From a virus (taxonomy: Duplodnaviria > Caudoviricetes): 62,841 nucleotides of DNA. The notes under the pieces were generated by a model. The model saw only the letters and a list, made by a program, of their open reading frames with translations. It was not told the DNA's origin and did no database searches. This document shows positions 7,405 through 17,190 of the stretch, piece after piece. The stretch lies in the IMG/VR virus record IMGVR_UViG_3300046167_000691, positions 1-62,841 of that record. One strand, 5' to 3'. The stretch's first letter is position 1. Each line of letters starts with the position of its first letter. Position numbers and translations under genes: made by a program.

Positions 7405-8943
7405 ATGAATCAAATAGTAAAACAATTTAGCTTTGGCGACAAAGGTAGAGAAAAAGTGTTTAAAGGTATCGAAACACTTACGGAAGCCGTAGCCTCAACA
7501 TTAGGAGGTGGCGGTGAATGCGTAATTTTTGAGGATGCCCAGGGAATACCTGTAATAACTAAAGACGGCGTAACAGTTGCCGAATTATCTGTACTATTAG
7601 ATCCTGTAGAAAATATGGGAGCATCACTAGTTAAACAAGCAGCTAGAAGAACAGTAGCGGAAGCCGGAGACGGAACAACAACTTCTACCGTATTGGCTTA
7701 TGCAATACTAAAGGAGTTTGCTAAATCGCCTATGAAATTTACTAGCAGACAAAAAAGAGATGCAATAAATAATATTATAGATAAAACTTTAACTCACTTA
7801 GAAAAGCAGGCTAAACCAGTTAATGGTGATATGATCGACGAAGTGGCTACTATATCTACTAACAATGATGCTGAACTGGGTAAACTAATTGCCGATGCAT
7901 ACAGAGCAGTGGATTTAACGGGCGTTGTTATGATGGAAACATCACAAGACGGGAATACGAGTATAGAGGTAGTTGAGGGGGTGCAGTATGAAAAAGGTTT
8001 TACTAATAATCATTTCGTAACTAATCACGCAAGCAATACAGTAGAGCTGAATAATCCAAAAATATTATTAGTTGATTCGATGGTAGACACGATTAGACAA
8101 ATACAAACTATATTAGAACATGTTATAAAAAATAACCTGGCACTACTTATAGTTGGAGACGTTGATCCTAAAGTTGCCGCAGCCCTTGCAATGAATAAAA
8201 ACAAAGGTTCTATAAAAGTTAATATAGTTCCAGCACCTACACACGGTGTTAATAGAAAAGAAATATTTGATGATTTAGCTTTATTAACAGGAGCAACTGT
8301 AGTAAGCGAAAATTTAGGTGATGATTTAGATTTAATTGATTTAGATTGTTTAGGCACTTGTATTAAGGCGGTATCAACGTTTAAAGATACAGTTTTTCAA
8401 GTAGCCGAAGAACAATCAGAAGATATTAAACTAATTATTGAAAGTATAAAAGAACAATTGCTTATAGAAAGCAATCCCAACAAAATAGTTAAACTTGAAA
8501 AAAGATTAGCTATGCTAGCTGCAAAACTTGCAATAGTAAAAGTTGGAGGTAATTCTGAGGTTGAATTAAATGAAAAGAAAGATAGAGTTGAAGATGCAAT
8601 ATGCGCAACTAAAGCTGCTATAAAAGAAGGTGTGGTTGCCGGTGGCGGAGTTGCACTAATTAATGCAATCAGAAGTATAAAACCAAAGTCATCTAGTGAA
8701 GAACTAGTTATTGAAGCTTTGTATTATCCTTGCAAAACGATTATGAAAAATGCAGGATTAGAATATGAGCATATAAATAAAAAAGATTTTGGCGTTAATG
8801 TTGAAACTGGAAAAACAGTAAATATGTTTAAAGCAGGTATTATAGATCCTGTACTAGTTACAAAGTCAGCATTAAAAAATGCTGCCTCAGTTGCTTCGAC
8901 TATATTGTCTACCAACTGTGTTATGTCTAACGTAAGAGGATAA
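7405..8943 (+). CDS. groEL: Chaperonin GroEL (phage-encoded)
   Basis: ITKDGVTVA, AGDGTTT, DRVEDAICATKAAIKEGVVAGGG, GIIDP. Confidence 0.97.
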   Translation: MNQIVKQFSFGDKGREKVFKGIETLTEAVASTLGGGGECVIFEDAQGIPVITKDGVTVAELSVLLDPVENMGASLVKQAARRTVAEAGDGTTTSTVLAYAILKEFAKSPMKFTSRQKRDAINNIIDKTLTHLEKQAKPVNGDMIDEVATISTNNDAELGKLIADAYRAVDLTGVVMMETSQDGNTSIEVVEGVQYEKGFTNNHFVTNHASNTVELNNPKILLVDSMVDTIRQIQTILEHVIKNNLALLIVGDVDPKVAAALAMNKNKGSIKVNIVPAPTHGVNRKEIFDDLALLTGATVVSENLGDDLDLIDLDCLGTCIKAVSTFKDTVFQVAEEQSEDIKLIIESIKEQLLIESNPNKIVKLEKRLAMLAAKLAIVKVGGNSEVELNEKKDRVEDAICATKAAIKEGVVAGGGVALINAIRSIKPKSSSEELVIEALYYPCKTIMKNAGLEYEHINKKDFGVNVETGKTVNMFKAGIIDPVLVTKSALKNAASVASTILSTNCVMSNVRG

Positions 8944-8944
8944 T

Positions 8945-9205
8945 ATGAATGCAATAGGTAGAAACATAATAATAAAAAAATTAAAAGAAGGTGTTACTAA
9001 AACCAAAGGCGGATTGCTTTTAGCTGAAAATCACCGAGAAGATATAAGATATGTAGAAGCTACGGTAGTGTCTACAGGATCTGAATGTGACGGAATAAAT
9101 AAAGATGATGTAATATATTACGATCGTCATGCAGGTCACAAAATTGAACTTGATAAAGAAACATATCACGTTATTAAAGCACAAGATGTAGTATTTGTTT
9201 TATGA
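8945..9205 (+). CDS. groES: Co-chaperonin GroES
   Basis: KTKGGLLL mobile loop; adjacent to groEL. Confidence 0.9.
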   Translation: MNAIGRNIIIKKLKEGVTKTKGGLLLAENHREDIRYVEATVVSTGSECDGINKDDVIYYDRHAGHKIELDKETYHVIKAQDVVFVL

Positions 9206-9648
9206 GAGAGTTAACTGGCCAGGAGTTAAAAGAAATAGGTCTGTTAAAACACTATCGAGTAATACGAAGATGGGCTTGCAAAAAAACCGGATTAACTGAT
9301 GCTGATTTAGAATTATTAATATACTTTGATTGTTTAGGCAACTTTACAAGAAAAGATTTTGAAGACGGTATTTTAATTTATTCTTGGGACAATAGAAGGT
9401 GGAATAGGTTATTAAAAGAAGGGTGGATAGTTAAATGGAGAGGTTATAATGGAGCAGATAAGAGCTATAGTATATATCAGGTTAGTTTACAAACAAAAAA
9501 TATAATACAACAGATTTATAGAATAATGCTTGGGACCGAAGATATACCAACTTCTACAAGAAGAAACCCAGCAATGAAACGAATTTCTTACAGTGATAAA
9601 ACTTTAGCCACTGCTATAGGAAAGATTAATAAAGATAAAACAAGATAA
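9202..9648 (+). CDS. Putative winged-helix protein
   Basis: GLTDADLELLIYF...LLKEGWIVKWR pattern. Confidence 0.5.
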   Translation: MRELTGQELKEIGLLKHYRVIRRWACKKTGLTDADLELLIYFDCLGNFTRKDFEDGILIYSWDNRRWNRLLKEGWIVKWRGYNGADKSYSIYQVSLQTKNIIQQIYRIMLGTEDIPTSTRRNPAMKRISYSDKTLATAIGKINKDKTR

Positions 9649-9650
9649 TT

Positions 9651-10025
9651 ATGGCAGGAATAATGGCAGCAATGAAAAGCTTTGATGAATTGGGGTCTAT
9701 GTTTTCAAACAACCCAGCTCTTAAAGCAATACAGCAGGCTCAACAAAAGAAACAAGCTCAGCAACAAGCAGTAAGTCAAGTAGCCGGAGTAGCCGGAGTA
9801 GCCGGAGTAGCTGGAGCAGCGCCTGCACCAGCAGCACCAGCAGCACCTATGGCAGACACTGACGGACTAGAAGCTAGGATAGCAGCTTTAGAAACAGCTG
9901 GATCTAATACGCCTTCAGCTCCTTCATCTATGGCTCCACAAGCTGTAGCTACGGGAGAAGCAATTTTTGGAACTCAAGAGCAAAGAAATAGTTCAATAAA
10001 TCCTTTTAATAGTGCATTAATTTAA
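9651..10025 (+). CDS. Low-complexity A/Q/P-rich protein
   Basis: ORF track; contains the (VAG)4 repeat. Confidence 0.7.
   Translation: MAGIMAAMKSFDELGSMFSNNPALKAIQQAQQKKQAQQQAVSQVAGVAGVAGVAGAAPAPAAPAAPMADTDGLEARIAALETAGSNTPSAPSSMAPQAVATGEAIFGTQEQRNSSINPFNSALI
9780..9815 (+). repeat. 9-bp tandem repeat GTAGCCGGA x3 plus GTAGCTGGA
   Basis: Seen directly; in-frame VAG repeat. Confidence 0.9.
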
Positions 10026-10031
10026 AAAAAT

Positions 10032-10256
10032 ATGGAATATACAAAAAAACCAATAGCTAACGCAACAAGCGGAGCTTCAGGAGAAATAGGAGAAAGTGCT
10101 TTATGGGATGGTCCCTTAAGTCAAATGGGAAGACCTCATGGTAAAGGTTCTTCTTCAGGAATACGAGGTATGGAATTATTAAAATATCCATCAAGTTATG
10201 AGTCAAAACCAATTACAGAGTGTGCTAAGAAAGGACGCTACAATGAGTCTTACTAA
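10032..10256 (+). CDS. Hypothetical protein
   Basis: ORF track. Confidence 0.65.
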   Translation: MEYTKKPIANATSGASGEIGESALWDGPLSQMGRPHGKGSSSGIRGMELLKYPSSYESKPITECAKKGRYNESY

Positions 10257-10629
10257 AAATTTTAGTAAATCTGAATTTGATTGTAGTTGTGGATGTAATA
10301 TGCCAGAAGAAGTTTTGATGGAAATTCAAAAACTAGCTGGGCAATTACAGCACATTAGGGATTTCATAAGAAAACCTATCAAACTAACAAACGCATACAG
10401 ATGTCCAAAACATAACAAAAAGGTTGGAGGAGTTTCAAATTCTCAACATATTTTAGGCAAAGCAGCAGATATTCAAGTAAATGGCTTAGACCCGCTGGAA
10501 GTTTACAAAACTATAGATAATTTAGCTGAGCACGGACACATATTGCAAGGAGGTCTTGGCAAATATAATACCTTCACACACTACGATATAAGAAAGACTA
10601 GAGCCCGGTGGGATAAAACATTAAAATAA
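10243..10629 (+). CDS. Peptidase M15A (Zn D-Ala-D-Ala carboxypeptidase-like) endolysin
   Basis: NFSKSEFDC, YRCPKHNKKVGG, SQHILGKAADI, FTHYD. Confidence 0.9.
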   Translation: MSLTKNFSKSEFDCSCGCNMPEEVLMEIQKLAGQLQHIRDFIRKPIKLTNAYRCPKHNKKVGGVSNSQHILGKAADIQVNGLDPLEVYKTIDNLAEHGHILQGGLGKYNTFTHYDIRKTRARWDKTLK

Positions 10630-10760
10630 TGGCTACAAAAAAATTTAAAGTACATAATATGTACAAAGGTAAAGTTACAAAAATAGCTAAAACTATGGCT
10701 CAGCATAATGCTTTAAAAAAGCAGGGTTATACTCATACTAAACCTAAAAAGAAAAAGTAA
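10629..10760 (+). CDS. Small basic protein, 43 aa
   Basis: MATKKFKVHNMYKG...GYTHTKPKKKK; coupled TAATG junctions. Confidence 0.7.
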   Translation: MATKKFKVHNMYKGKVTKIAKTMAQHNALKKQGYTHTKPKKKK

Positions 10761-11074
10761 TGGCAGTCAAGAAAAAAGCAGCACCTAAGAAAAGAGGTAA
10801 GGCACCTTCGCGTAAAAAATCTAAAGGAAACTACGCAAAAGTAAAAAAGGGAAAAGGCACAGGTAAGAAGGCTGGAGGAGGAATGACGGCTAAGGGAGTT
10901 GCTAAGTATCGTAAAGATAACCCCGGCAGTAAATTAAAAACAGCCGTAACTACGCCCCCTTCAAAACTTAAAAAAGGAAGTAAAGCTGCTAAAAGACGTA
11001 AATCATTTTGTGCAAGATCTAAAGGCTGGAAATCAGAAAGAGGATTAGCTGCGCGAAGAAAATGGAACTGTTAG
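10760..11074 (+). CDS. Lys-rich basic protein (common marine-phage family)
   Basis: GGMTAKGVAKYR..NPGSKLK...RRKSFCAR...RKWNC. Confidence 0.75.
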   Translation: MAVKKKAAPKKRGKAPSRKKSKGNYAKVKKGKGTGKKAGGGMTAKGVAKYRKDNPGSKLKTAVTTPPSKLKKGSKAAKRRKSFCARSKGWKSERGLAARRKWNC

Positions 11075-11075
11075 T

Positions 11076-11210
11076 ATGAAAAATAAAAAAAATTGCGGGT
11101 GCCTTAGTAAATATATGAAGCCTTCTATGAAAGGTACAAAAGGATCAAAAGGTAGAAACGGCTGGGATGCAAAGCCAGTATTTAGAATAACTAATCCAGG
11201 TAGAAGATGA
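11076..11210 (+). CDS. Small basic protein, 44 aa
   Basis: Translated by eye; packed within the operon. Confidence 0.6.
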   Translation: MKNKKNCGCLSKYMKPSMKGTKGSKGRNGWDAKPVFRITNPGRR

Positions 11211-11329
11211 AAAAGAAAACAAACAAAGATGCTTGTTATTGGAAAATAAAAAAAAGTTATAAAGTATTCCCTTCTGCGTATGCTAGTGGGGCAATTGCAA
11301 AGTGTCGTAAGAAAAGAGGCAAAAAGTAA
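11207..11329 (+). CDS. Small basic protein, 40 aa
   Basis: DACYWKIKKSYKVFPSAYASGAIAKCRK. Confidence 0.7.
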   Translation: MKKKTNKDACYWKIKKSYKVFPSAYASGAIAKCRKKRGKK

Positions 11330-11586
11330 TGGCTGTTCGTAAAACAAAAAAAGGAGCTGCATTAAAAAGATGGTTTAAAGAAAAGTGGACAGACGAAAAA
11401 GGTAATGTTTGCGGATCTACAAAAAACAAAAAAACTAAAAAGTGCAGACCCTCTAAAAGAGTAAGTTCAAAAACCCCAAAAACCTGGAAGGAAATGTCTC
11501 CGGCTGAAAAGAAAAAAGCGGTGGCAGAAAAGAAAAGAACAGGCATGGGCAAAAGAACTTCTTCTTTAAAAAGAAAAAAGAAATGA
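11329..11586 (+). CDS. Lys-rich basic protein
   Basis: LKRWFKEKW...CG...KCRPSKRVSSKTPKT. Confidence 0.75.
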   Translation: MAVRKTKKGAALKRWFKEKWTDEKGNVCGSTKNKKTKKCRPSKRVSSKTPKTWKEMSPAEKKKAVAEKKRTGMGKRTSSLKRKKK

Positions 11587-12074
11587 GTAAGAATCCGAAT
11601 GCTAAAAAAAACGGCGGTGAAGGAACGGCTGTAGGAAAAGCCTTAAGATTCTTAGCTGCTCAAGGAAAAAAGTTTGCACCAGAACTGCTAGATATGGCGG
11701 GATCATTAACTGGTGTTGAAGCATTAAGCAAATTAGGGGATGCAATTAAAGGTGACCCTGAATTATCTGAACTAGATAAAAGAATATTACTCGCTGAGCT
11801 GGAAACAGATGCGGTAAGAGAACAAGAAATAACTAAACGTTGGGAAGCAGATTTGCATTCAGATAGTTGGTTATCAAAAAACGTACGTCCATTAACATTG
11901 TCATTTTTATTAGTATGCATGTTTCTGTTCGTTATATTAGATAGTACATCATCAATACCATTTAACATAGGCCCAGAATGGATCGATCTTCTTAAAGCAC
12001 TTATGATAACCGCTGTTGGTGGTTATTTTGTTGTGAGATCAGGAGAAAAAATAACAAACAAATTAAAAAAATAA
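11583..12074 (+). CDS. Holin (3TM/GTA-holin-like)
   Basis: RWEADLHSDSWLSKNVRPLTL, two TM helices, GGYFVVRSGEK. Confidence 0.8.
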   Translation: MSKNPNAKKNGGEGTAVGKALRFLAAQGKKFAPELLDMAGSLTGVEALSKLGDAIKGDPELSELDKRILLAELETDAVREQEITKRWEADLHSDSWLSKNVRPLTLSFLLVCMFLFVILDSTSSIPFNIGPEWIDLLKALMITAVGGYFVVRSGEKITNKLKK

Positions 12075-12201
12075 TTATGGGATATAAAAGCGCTAAGAAA
12101 AAAGTTACGGCTAAAACAAAAGCTATAACTAAAACTAGAAAAAATCAAACGTATACTCCAAAAAAATAAACAGATAGGACTGTATAAACCTAGCCTAACA
12201 T

Positions 12202-12616
<415 letters not shown>

Positions 12617-12630
12617 TAAAATAAATATAG

Positions 12631-12662
12631 TCTTGCGGGATTAACGTTTCGCAAGGCTTTTA
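12631..12662 (+). terminator. Intrinsic terminator
   Basis: CTTGCGGGA-TTAACG-TTTCGCAAG followed by T-run. Confidence 0.65.
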
Positions 12663-12683
12663 TTAATTAAAAAAAAAATAATT

Positions 12684-13358
12684 ATGCCAGATCCAACAGA
12701 CCCAGTAAAAAAGACTACAAGAGGAAAAACAGTAACCACGACTGCAACCAGAGAAGGAACAAACGAAAGAGGAATAAAAGGTACTTATACAGATACTACA
12801 AATACAACTCCCGTTACTATAGATACAACAAGCAGTAACGGTGGTAGTGACGATTTTAAAGCAGCTTTTGCATCCGCTTCAGCAGATGGTAAAGACACAT
12901 TTACTTTTAAAAACAAGTCGTATAATACTAAAAAGGGCGACAGCAGTACGAGTAATGAAATTTCTACAACTTCTACGTTTAAACCACACATGCTAAAGCC
13001 TTTACCTGCATTAAATGCATCAGGCATTAATTTCAAAAAGCAATCGTATGAAATGGGTAAAACTCAAACGATCCAACGTCCTAATGAAGGTATGGGAGCA
13101 TATTCAGTTTCTAGAGGTGATAGTAGAGATGCTAGTATCGGAAAGCTTAAAACTCAAAATACAATGGTGCTTAATAAAAAGCAAGGAACGAGTTTAACAA
13201 ATGCGGGTGATAAAATTAATAAAGAATTAGAAAGTAGATTTGGGGAAAAACGAATAAGAGCAAAGTTTGAAGGCAGGTCAGAAGATTTTATTAATAAGCA
13301 AGTAAAAAAGGGACAAGAGCGTATAGCAAATAACACAGTAACAGTACAAAGAGGGTAA
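12684..13358 (+). CDS. Hypothetical T/K-rich protein
   Basis: ORF track; FKAAFASA...GKDTFTFKNKSYNT motif. Confidence 0.7.
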   Translation: MPDPTDPVKKTTRGKTVTTTATREGTNERGIKGTYTDTTNTTPVTIDTTSSNGGSDDFKAAFASASADGKDTFTFKNKSYNTKKGDSSTSNEISTTSTFKPHMLKPLPALNASGINFKKQSYEMGKTQTIQRPNEGMGAYSVSRGDSRDASIGKLKTQNTMVLNKKQGTSLTNAGDKINKELESRFGEKRIRAKFEGRSEDFINKQVKKGQERIANNTVTVQRG

Positions 13359-13388
13359 TAACAATTATTAACAACTAAAAAAACAATT

Positions 13389-13613
13389 ATGGCTTACATG
13401 CAACCGTCTGAACATCCAGACAAAAACAAACCAAAAAAAACAAAAACACCTCTAACTAAACCAACCCTTATGGGAGAAGTAAAAAAAGGGTATGCCAAGG
13501 GAAGTAAAGGCTCTATGGTGGGCAAATACAGCAGGGGAGGCCAAAACACGGATTTATTAGGTGGAGTAAGAGGAGCAATTAGCGCGGGATATGATTATCT
13601 TACAAAAGACTAA
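13389..13613 (+). CDS. Hypothetical protein
   Basis: ORF track. Confidence 0.6.
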   Translation: MAYMQPSEHPDKNKPKKTKTPLTKPTLMGEVKKGYAKGSKGSMVGKYSRGGQNTDLLGGVRGAISAGYDYLTKD

Positions 13614-13653
13614 ACAATCAATTATTAACAATTAACAATTAAATTAAATCAAC

Positions 13654-13923
13654 ATGAGTAAAGTAAAAAAAATGAAATCAGAAAACTTATCAATTAGTAA
13701 AGAACAATTAGAAAAAGTACAAACGCTGCAAGCAGACTTACAAAAGTTTTGTGCGCACATTGGAGGATTAGAAGTTCAAAAAGCAAAAGCTATTTATCAA
13801 ATAAATATGCTTGAAAAGGAAATGGAGGACTTTAAAAAATCTATTGAAGATGAGTACGGACCTATTAACATTAATTTAACTGATGGTACTTATGAAGTAA
13901 TACCTACGGATAAAGAAAAGTAG
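13654..13923 (+). CDS. Coiled-coil protein
   Basis: IGGLEVQK...EYGPININLTDGTY. Confidence 0.7.
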   Translation: MSKVKKMKSENLSISKEQLEKVQTLQADLQKFCAHIGGLEVQKAKAIYQINMLEKEMEDFKKSIEDEYGPININLTDGTYEVIPTDKEK

Positions 13924-13927
13924 GATC

Positions 13928-14155
13928 ATGGGTAATATTATAAGAAAGATAAGTATAGGTGCTGACTACAAGAACGAAGCAATGCATTACTCTGTTAAGC
14001 AGACAGTTTACGGTGGGCACGAAATTTCTCATATAATATTTGAAGAGTCTGATAATTCTTATAATATATTTATAAAAAAAGAAGACGAGGTAATGCCATG
14101 GAAGAAGTTTAATTCTAACATGGCAATATCCGTTGAGTATGACTTGGAGTACTAA
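13928..14155 (+). CDS. Conserved hypothetical protein
   Basis: IIRKISIGADYKNEAMHYSV...WKKFNSNMAISVEY. Confidence 0.7.
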   Translation: MGNIIRKISIGADYKNEAMHYSVKQTVYGGHEISHIIFEESDNSYNIFIKKEDEVMPWKKFNSNMAISVEYDLEY

Positions 14156-14760
14156 TGAGAAGTATATACGATTTTATCATAAAGCCGGTAGGCCAAAGAT
14201 ATGATAATACGGTAAAGGTTGGGGAAGTGAACCTTGTGACCAACACTTCTATAGAAAGTTTTAAGCACGTTAATAATATAGCGGAAGTTGTAGAAACCCC
14301 AGCGGCATTTGCAACACCCATAAAAAAAGGTGATCTAATTGTGGTGCATCATAACGTGTTTAGAGTTTTTTATGATATGAAAGGACTTAAAAAAAATAGT
14401 AGATCGTTTCTTAAGGACGGGCTTTTTATGTGTGCAATAGATCAAATATATTTGTACAAGAATAAAAAGAACTGGAAATCATTTGGCGATAGATGCTTTG
14501 TTGCTCCGGTCAAAAACAAAGACCCTTTTAGCAGCGAAAAAACAGCTAGCCTTATTGGTATACTAAAAATAGGTAATAAGTCCTTAGAACGCGCTGGAAT
14601 CAATCCAGGAGACATAATTGGATTTACGCCAAATAGCGAATGGGAATTTGTTATAGATAATCAAGTTATGTATTGTATGAAATCAAATGATATTGTTATA
14701 AAGTATGAGCTCGATAGAAACGAAGAAGAATATAATAGCGGCTGGGCGCGAAGCAATTAA
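14155..14760 (+). CDS. Tandem double GroES-like protein
   Basis: Two GroES-like halves: FIIKP...IKKGDLIVVH and CFVAPV...INPGDIIGF...YCMKSNDIVIK. Confidence 0.55.
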   Translation: MRSIYDFIIKPVGQRYDNTVKVGEVNLVTNTSIESFKHVNNIAEVVETPAAFATPIKKGDLIVVHHNVFRVFYDMKGLKKNSRSFLKDGLFMCAIDQIYLYKNKKNWKSFGDRCFVAPVKNKDPFSSEKTASLIGILKIGNKSLERAGINPGDIIGFTPNSEWEFVIDNQVMYCMKSNDIVIKYELDRNEEEYNSGWARSN

Positions 14761-14977
14761 AGAATTAGTAAAGGTAGCAAAAGAAAAGATCGTTGACTCA
14801 GAAGAAGATATATCTGCTGACAGACTTAAAAATGCTGCCGCTACTAAAAAGCTTTGCATATTTGACGCTTTTGAAATATTAAATAAAATTCAAGAAGAAG
14901 AGCAAATGATTGCGGATTCTAATGATAAAGAAAGTAAGCCTAAATTTAAAGGGTTTGCAGAGGGGAGATCTAAGTAA
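14705..14977 (+). CDS. Putative terminase small subunit
   Basis: Small helical protein directly upstream of, and coupled to, the large subunit. Confidence 0.45.
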   Translation: MSSIETKKNIIAAGREAIKELVKVAKEKIVDSEEDISADRLKNAAATKKLCIFDAFEILNKIQEEEQMIADSNDKESKPKFKGFAEGRSK

Positions 14978-17187
14978 TGGCTTACGAACAAACATTATAT
15001 AAAATTACAAAAGATTATATAAAACCTTCTGTAATTAGTAAAAAAAATCGCTATGCCAAATGGGAATACGGTTATAACAAAGAACACGATGTTGTTGTAA
15101 TTAGTAAAACCGGAAAGATAGGCGATATATACGAAATTGGTAATGTAATGATTGCATTACCCAAAACAGAAAATGCAAAAGACCTAGGAGAAAATAAGTG
15201 GAAAGCCACTGAGTATCCTAAGTTGTTAAAAAAAATTAAAAGTGTCCAGGATTGGAATGCTTATCCAAATAGTTTTAAAGAGCAATGGCATCCATATATA
15301 GATGAAGAATTTGAAAGACGTGAAAAAGGGTTTTGGTTTATTAATAAAGGTAAGCCTACTTACATTACTGGCACTCACTACATGTACCTGCAGTGGTCCA
15401 AAATTGATGTCGGATTACCGGACTTTAGGGAATCAAATAGATTATTCTATATATTCTGGGAAGCCTGCAAAGCGGATTCAAGATCGTACGGTATTTGTTA
15501 CCTTAAAAATCGACGCTCTGGATTTTCATTCATGTCGTCGGGAGAAACAGTTAATTCAGCTACGATATCTTCAGACTCTAGATTCGGCATACTATCCAAA
15601 TCAGGGGCTGATGCTAAAAAAATGTTTACGGATAAAGTTGTACCAATCTCGGTAAACTATCCGTTTTTCTTTAAGCCAATACAAGACGGGATGGACCGTC
15701 CGAAAACAGAGTTAGCTTACAGAGTGCCTGCTTCTAAATTTACAAGACGTAAGCTAGAAGATAACCAAATGGCTACTGAGCTTGACGGGCTAGACACAAC
15801 TATTGATTGGAAAAATACAGGTGATAATAGTTATGATGGTGAAAAATTAAAGTTACTTGTTCATGATGAATCAGGAAAATGGGAAAGACCTACAAATATA
15901 CTTAACAATTGGCGAGTAACTAAAACTTGTTTAAGATTAGGTAGTAGAATTATTGGCAAATGTATGATGGGATCAACATCAAACGCCTTAGACAAGGGAG
16001 GTAAAAACTTTAAAAAATTGTACGATGGTTCAGATACCTTGTTAAGAAATAAAAATGGACAGACTAAAACAGGTTTATATAAACTGTTTATTCCTATGGA
16101 ATGGAATTATGAGGGTTTTATTGATCAGTACGGTTATCCTGTGTTTGATACTCCAAAAAAAGAAACGTTAGATCCACAAGGAAATTTAATTACAGAGGGT
16201 GTAATACAACACTGGGAAAATGAGGTTGATGGATTAAAAGATGATGCCGATGCCTTAAACGAATATTACCGGCAGTTTCCAAGAACAGAGCAACATGCTT
16301 TTAGAGATGAAGCTAAACAATCTATTTTTAATTTAACAAAAATTTATCAACAAATAGATTATAACGAAGAACTAAAAAATTCTGCTATGGTTACTCAAGG
16401 TAACTTTCAGTGGGAAAACGGAATTAAAGACACTAAAGTAATGTTCTATCCAAACAAAAATGGTAGATTTTTTATTACTTGGGTGCCAGATCAAGAACAA
16501 CAAAATAACTTAATAATAAAAAATGGTATTAAATATCCTGGCAATGAGCATTTGGGAGCTTTTGGATGTGATAGCTATGACATTAGTGGTGTTGTTGGTG
16601 GTGGGGGATCTAACGGATCGCTTCATGGATTAACAAAATTTTCTATAGAAAACGTACCGCCTAATCATTTTTTTCTTGAATATATTGCAAGACCTTCAAC
16701 AGCGGAAATGTTTTTTGAAGATGTGCTTATGGCTTTAGTATTTTATGGAATGCCTTTATTAGCAGAAAATAATAAACCTCGATTGCTTTATTATTTAAAG
16801 CGCAGAGGATATAGGGGCTTTAGTATTAATAGACCCGATAAAACATACAACAAATTATCATTAGCAGAAAGAGAAGTAGGTGGTATACCTAATTCAAGTG
16901 AAGATATAAAACAAGCGCATGCTTCTGCTATAGAAACATATATAGAAGATTTTGTAGGAGAAAAAAAAGATGGTTACGGCGATATGTATTTGCAGAGGAC
17001 TTTAGAGGATTGGGCTAAGTTTGATATAAATAATAGAACCAAGCATGATGCTTCTATAAGTTCGGGGCTAGCTTTAATGGCTTGTAATAAGCATAGGTAT
17101 AATCCTAAAAGTATAACTAAAATTAAATCGTATTCTTTAGGTTTTAAAAAATATAACAACGAGGGAACTACTTCAAAAATAATATAA
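14977..17187 (+). CDS. terL: Terminase large subunit
   Basis: Walker A-like KNRRSGFS, Walker B LLVHDE, GST motif III, RNase H-fold GCDSYD, ENN, HDA. Confidence 0.93.
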   Translation: MAYEQTLYKITKDYIKPSVISKKNRYAKWEYGYNKEHDVVVISKTGKIGDIYEIGNVMIALPKTENAKDLGENKWKATEYPKLLKKIKSVQDWNAYPNSFKEQWHPYIDEEFERREKGFWFINKGKPTYITGTHYMYLQWSKIDVGLPDFRESNRLFYIFWEACKADSRSYGICYLKNRRSGFSFMSSGETVNSATISSDSRFGILSKSGADAKKMFTDKVVPISVNYPFFFKPIQDGMDRPKTELAYRVPASKFTRRKLEDNQMATELDGLDTTIDWKNTGDNSYDGEKLKLLVHDESGKWERPTNILNNWRVTKTCLRLGSRIIGKCMMGSTSNALDKGGKNFKKLYDGSDTLLRNKNGQTKTGLYKLFIPMEWNYEGFIDQYGYPVFDTPKKETLDPQGNLITEGVIQHWENEVDGLKDDADALNEYYRQFPRTEQHAFRDEAKQSIFNLTKIYQQIDYNEELKNSAMVTQGNFQWENGIKDTKVMFYPNKNGRFFITWVPDQEQQNNLIIKNGIKYPGNEHLGAFGCDSYDISGVVGGGGSNGSLHGLTKFSIENVPPNHFFLEYIARPSTAEMFFEDVLMALVFYGMPLLAENNKPRLLYYLKRRGYRGFSINRPDKTYNKLSLAEREVGGIPNSSEDIKQAHASAIETYIEDFVGEKKDGYGDMYLQRTLEDWAKFDINNRTKHDASISSGLALMACNKHRYNPKSITKIKSYSLGFKKYNNEGTTSKII

Positions 17188-17190
17188 TAA

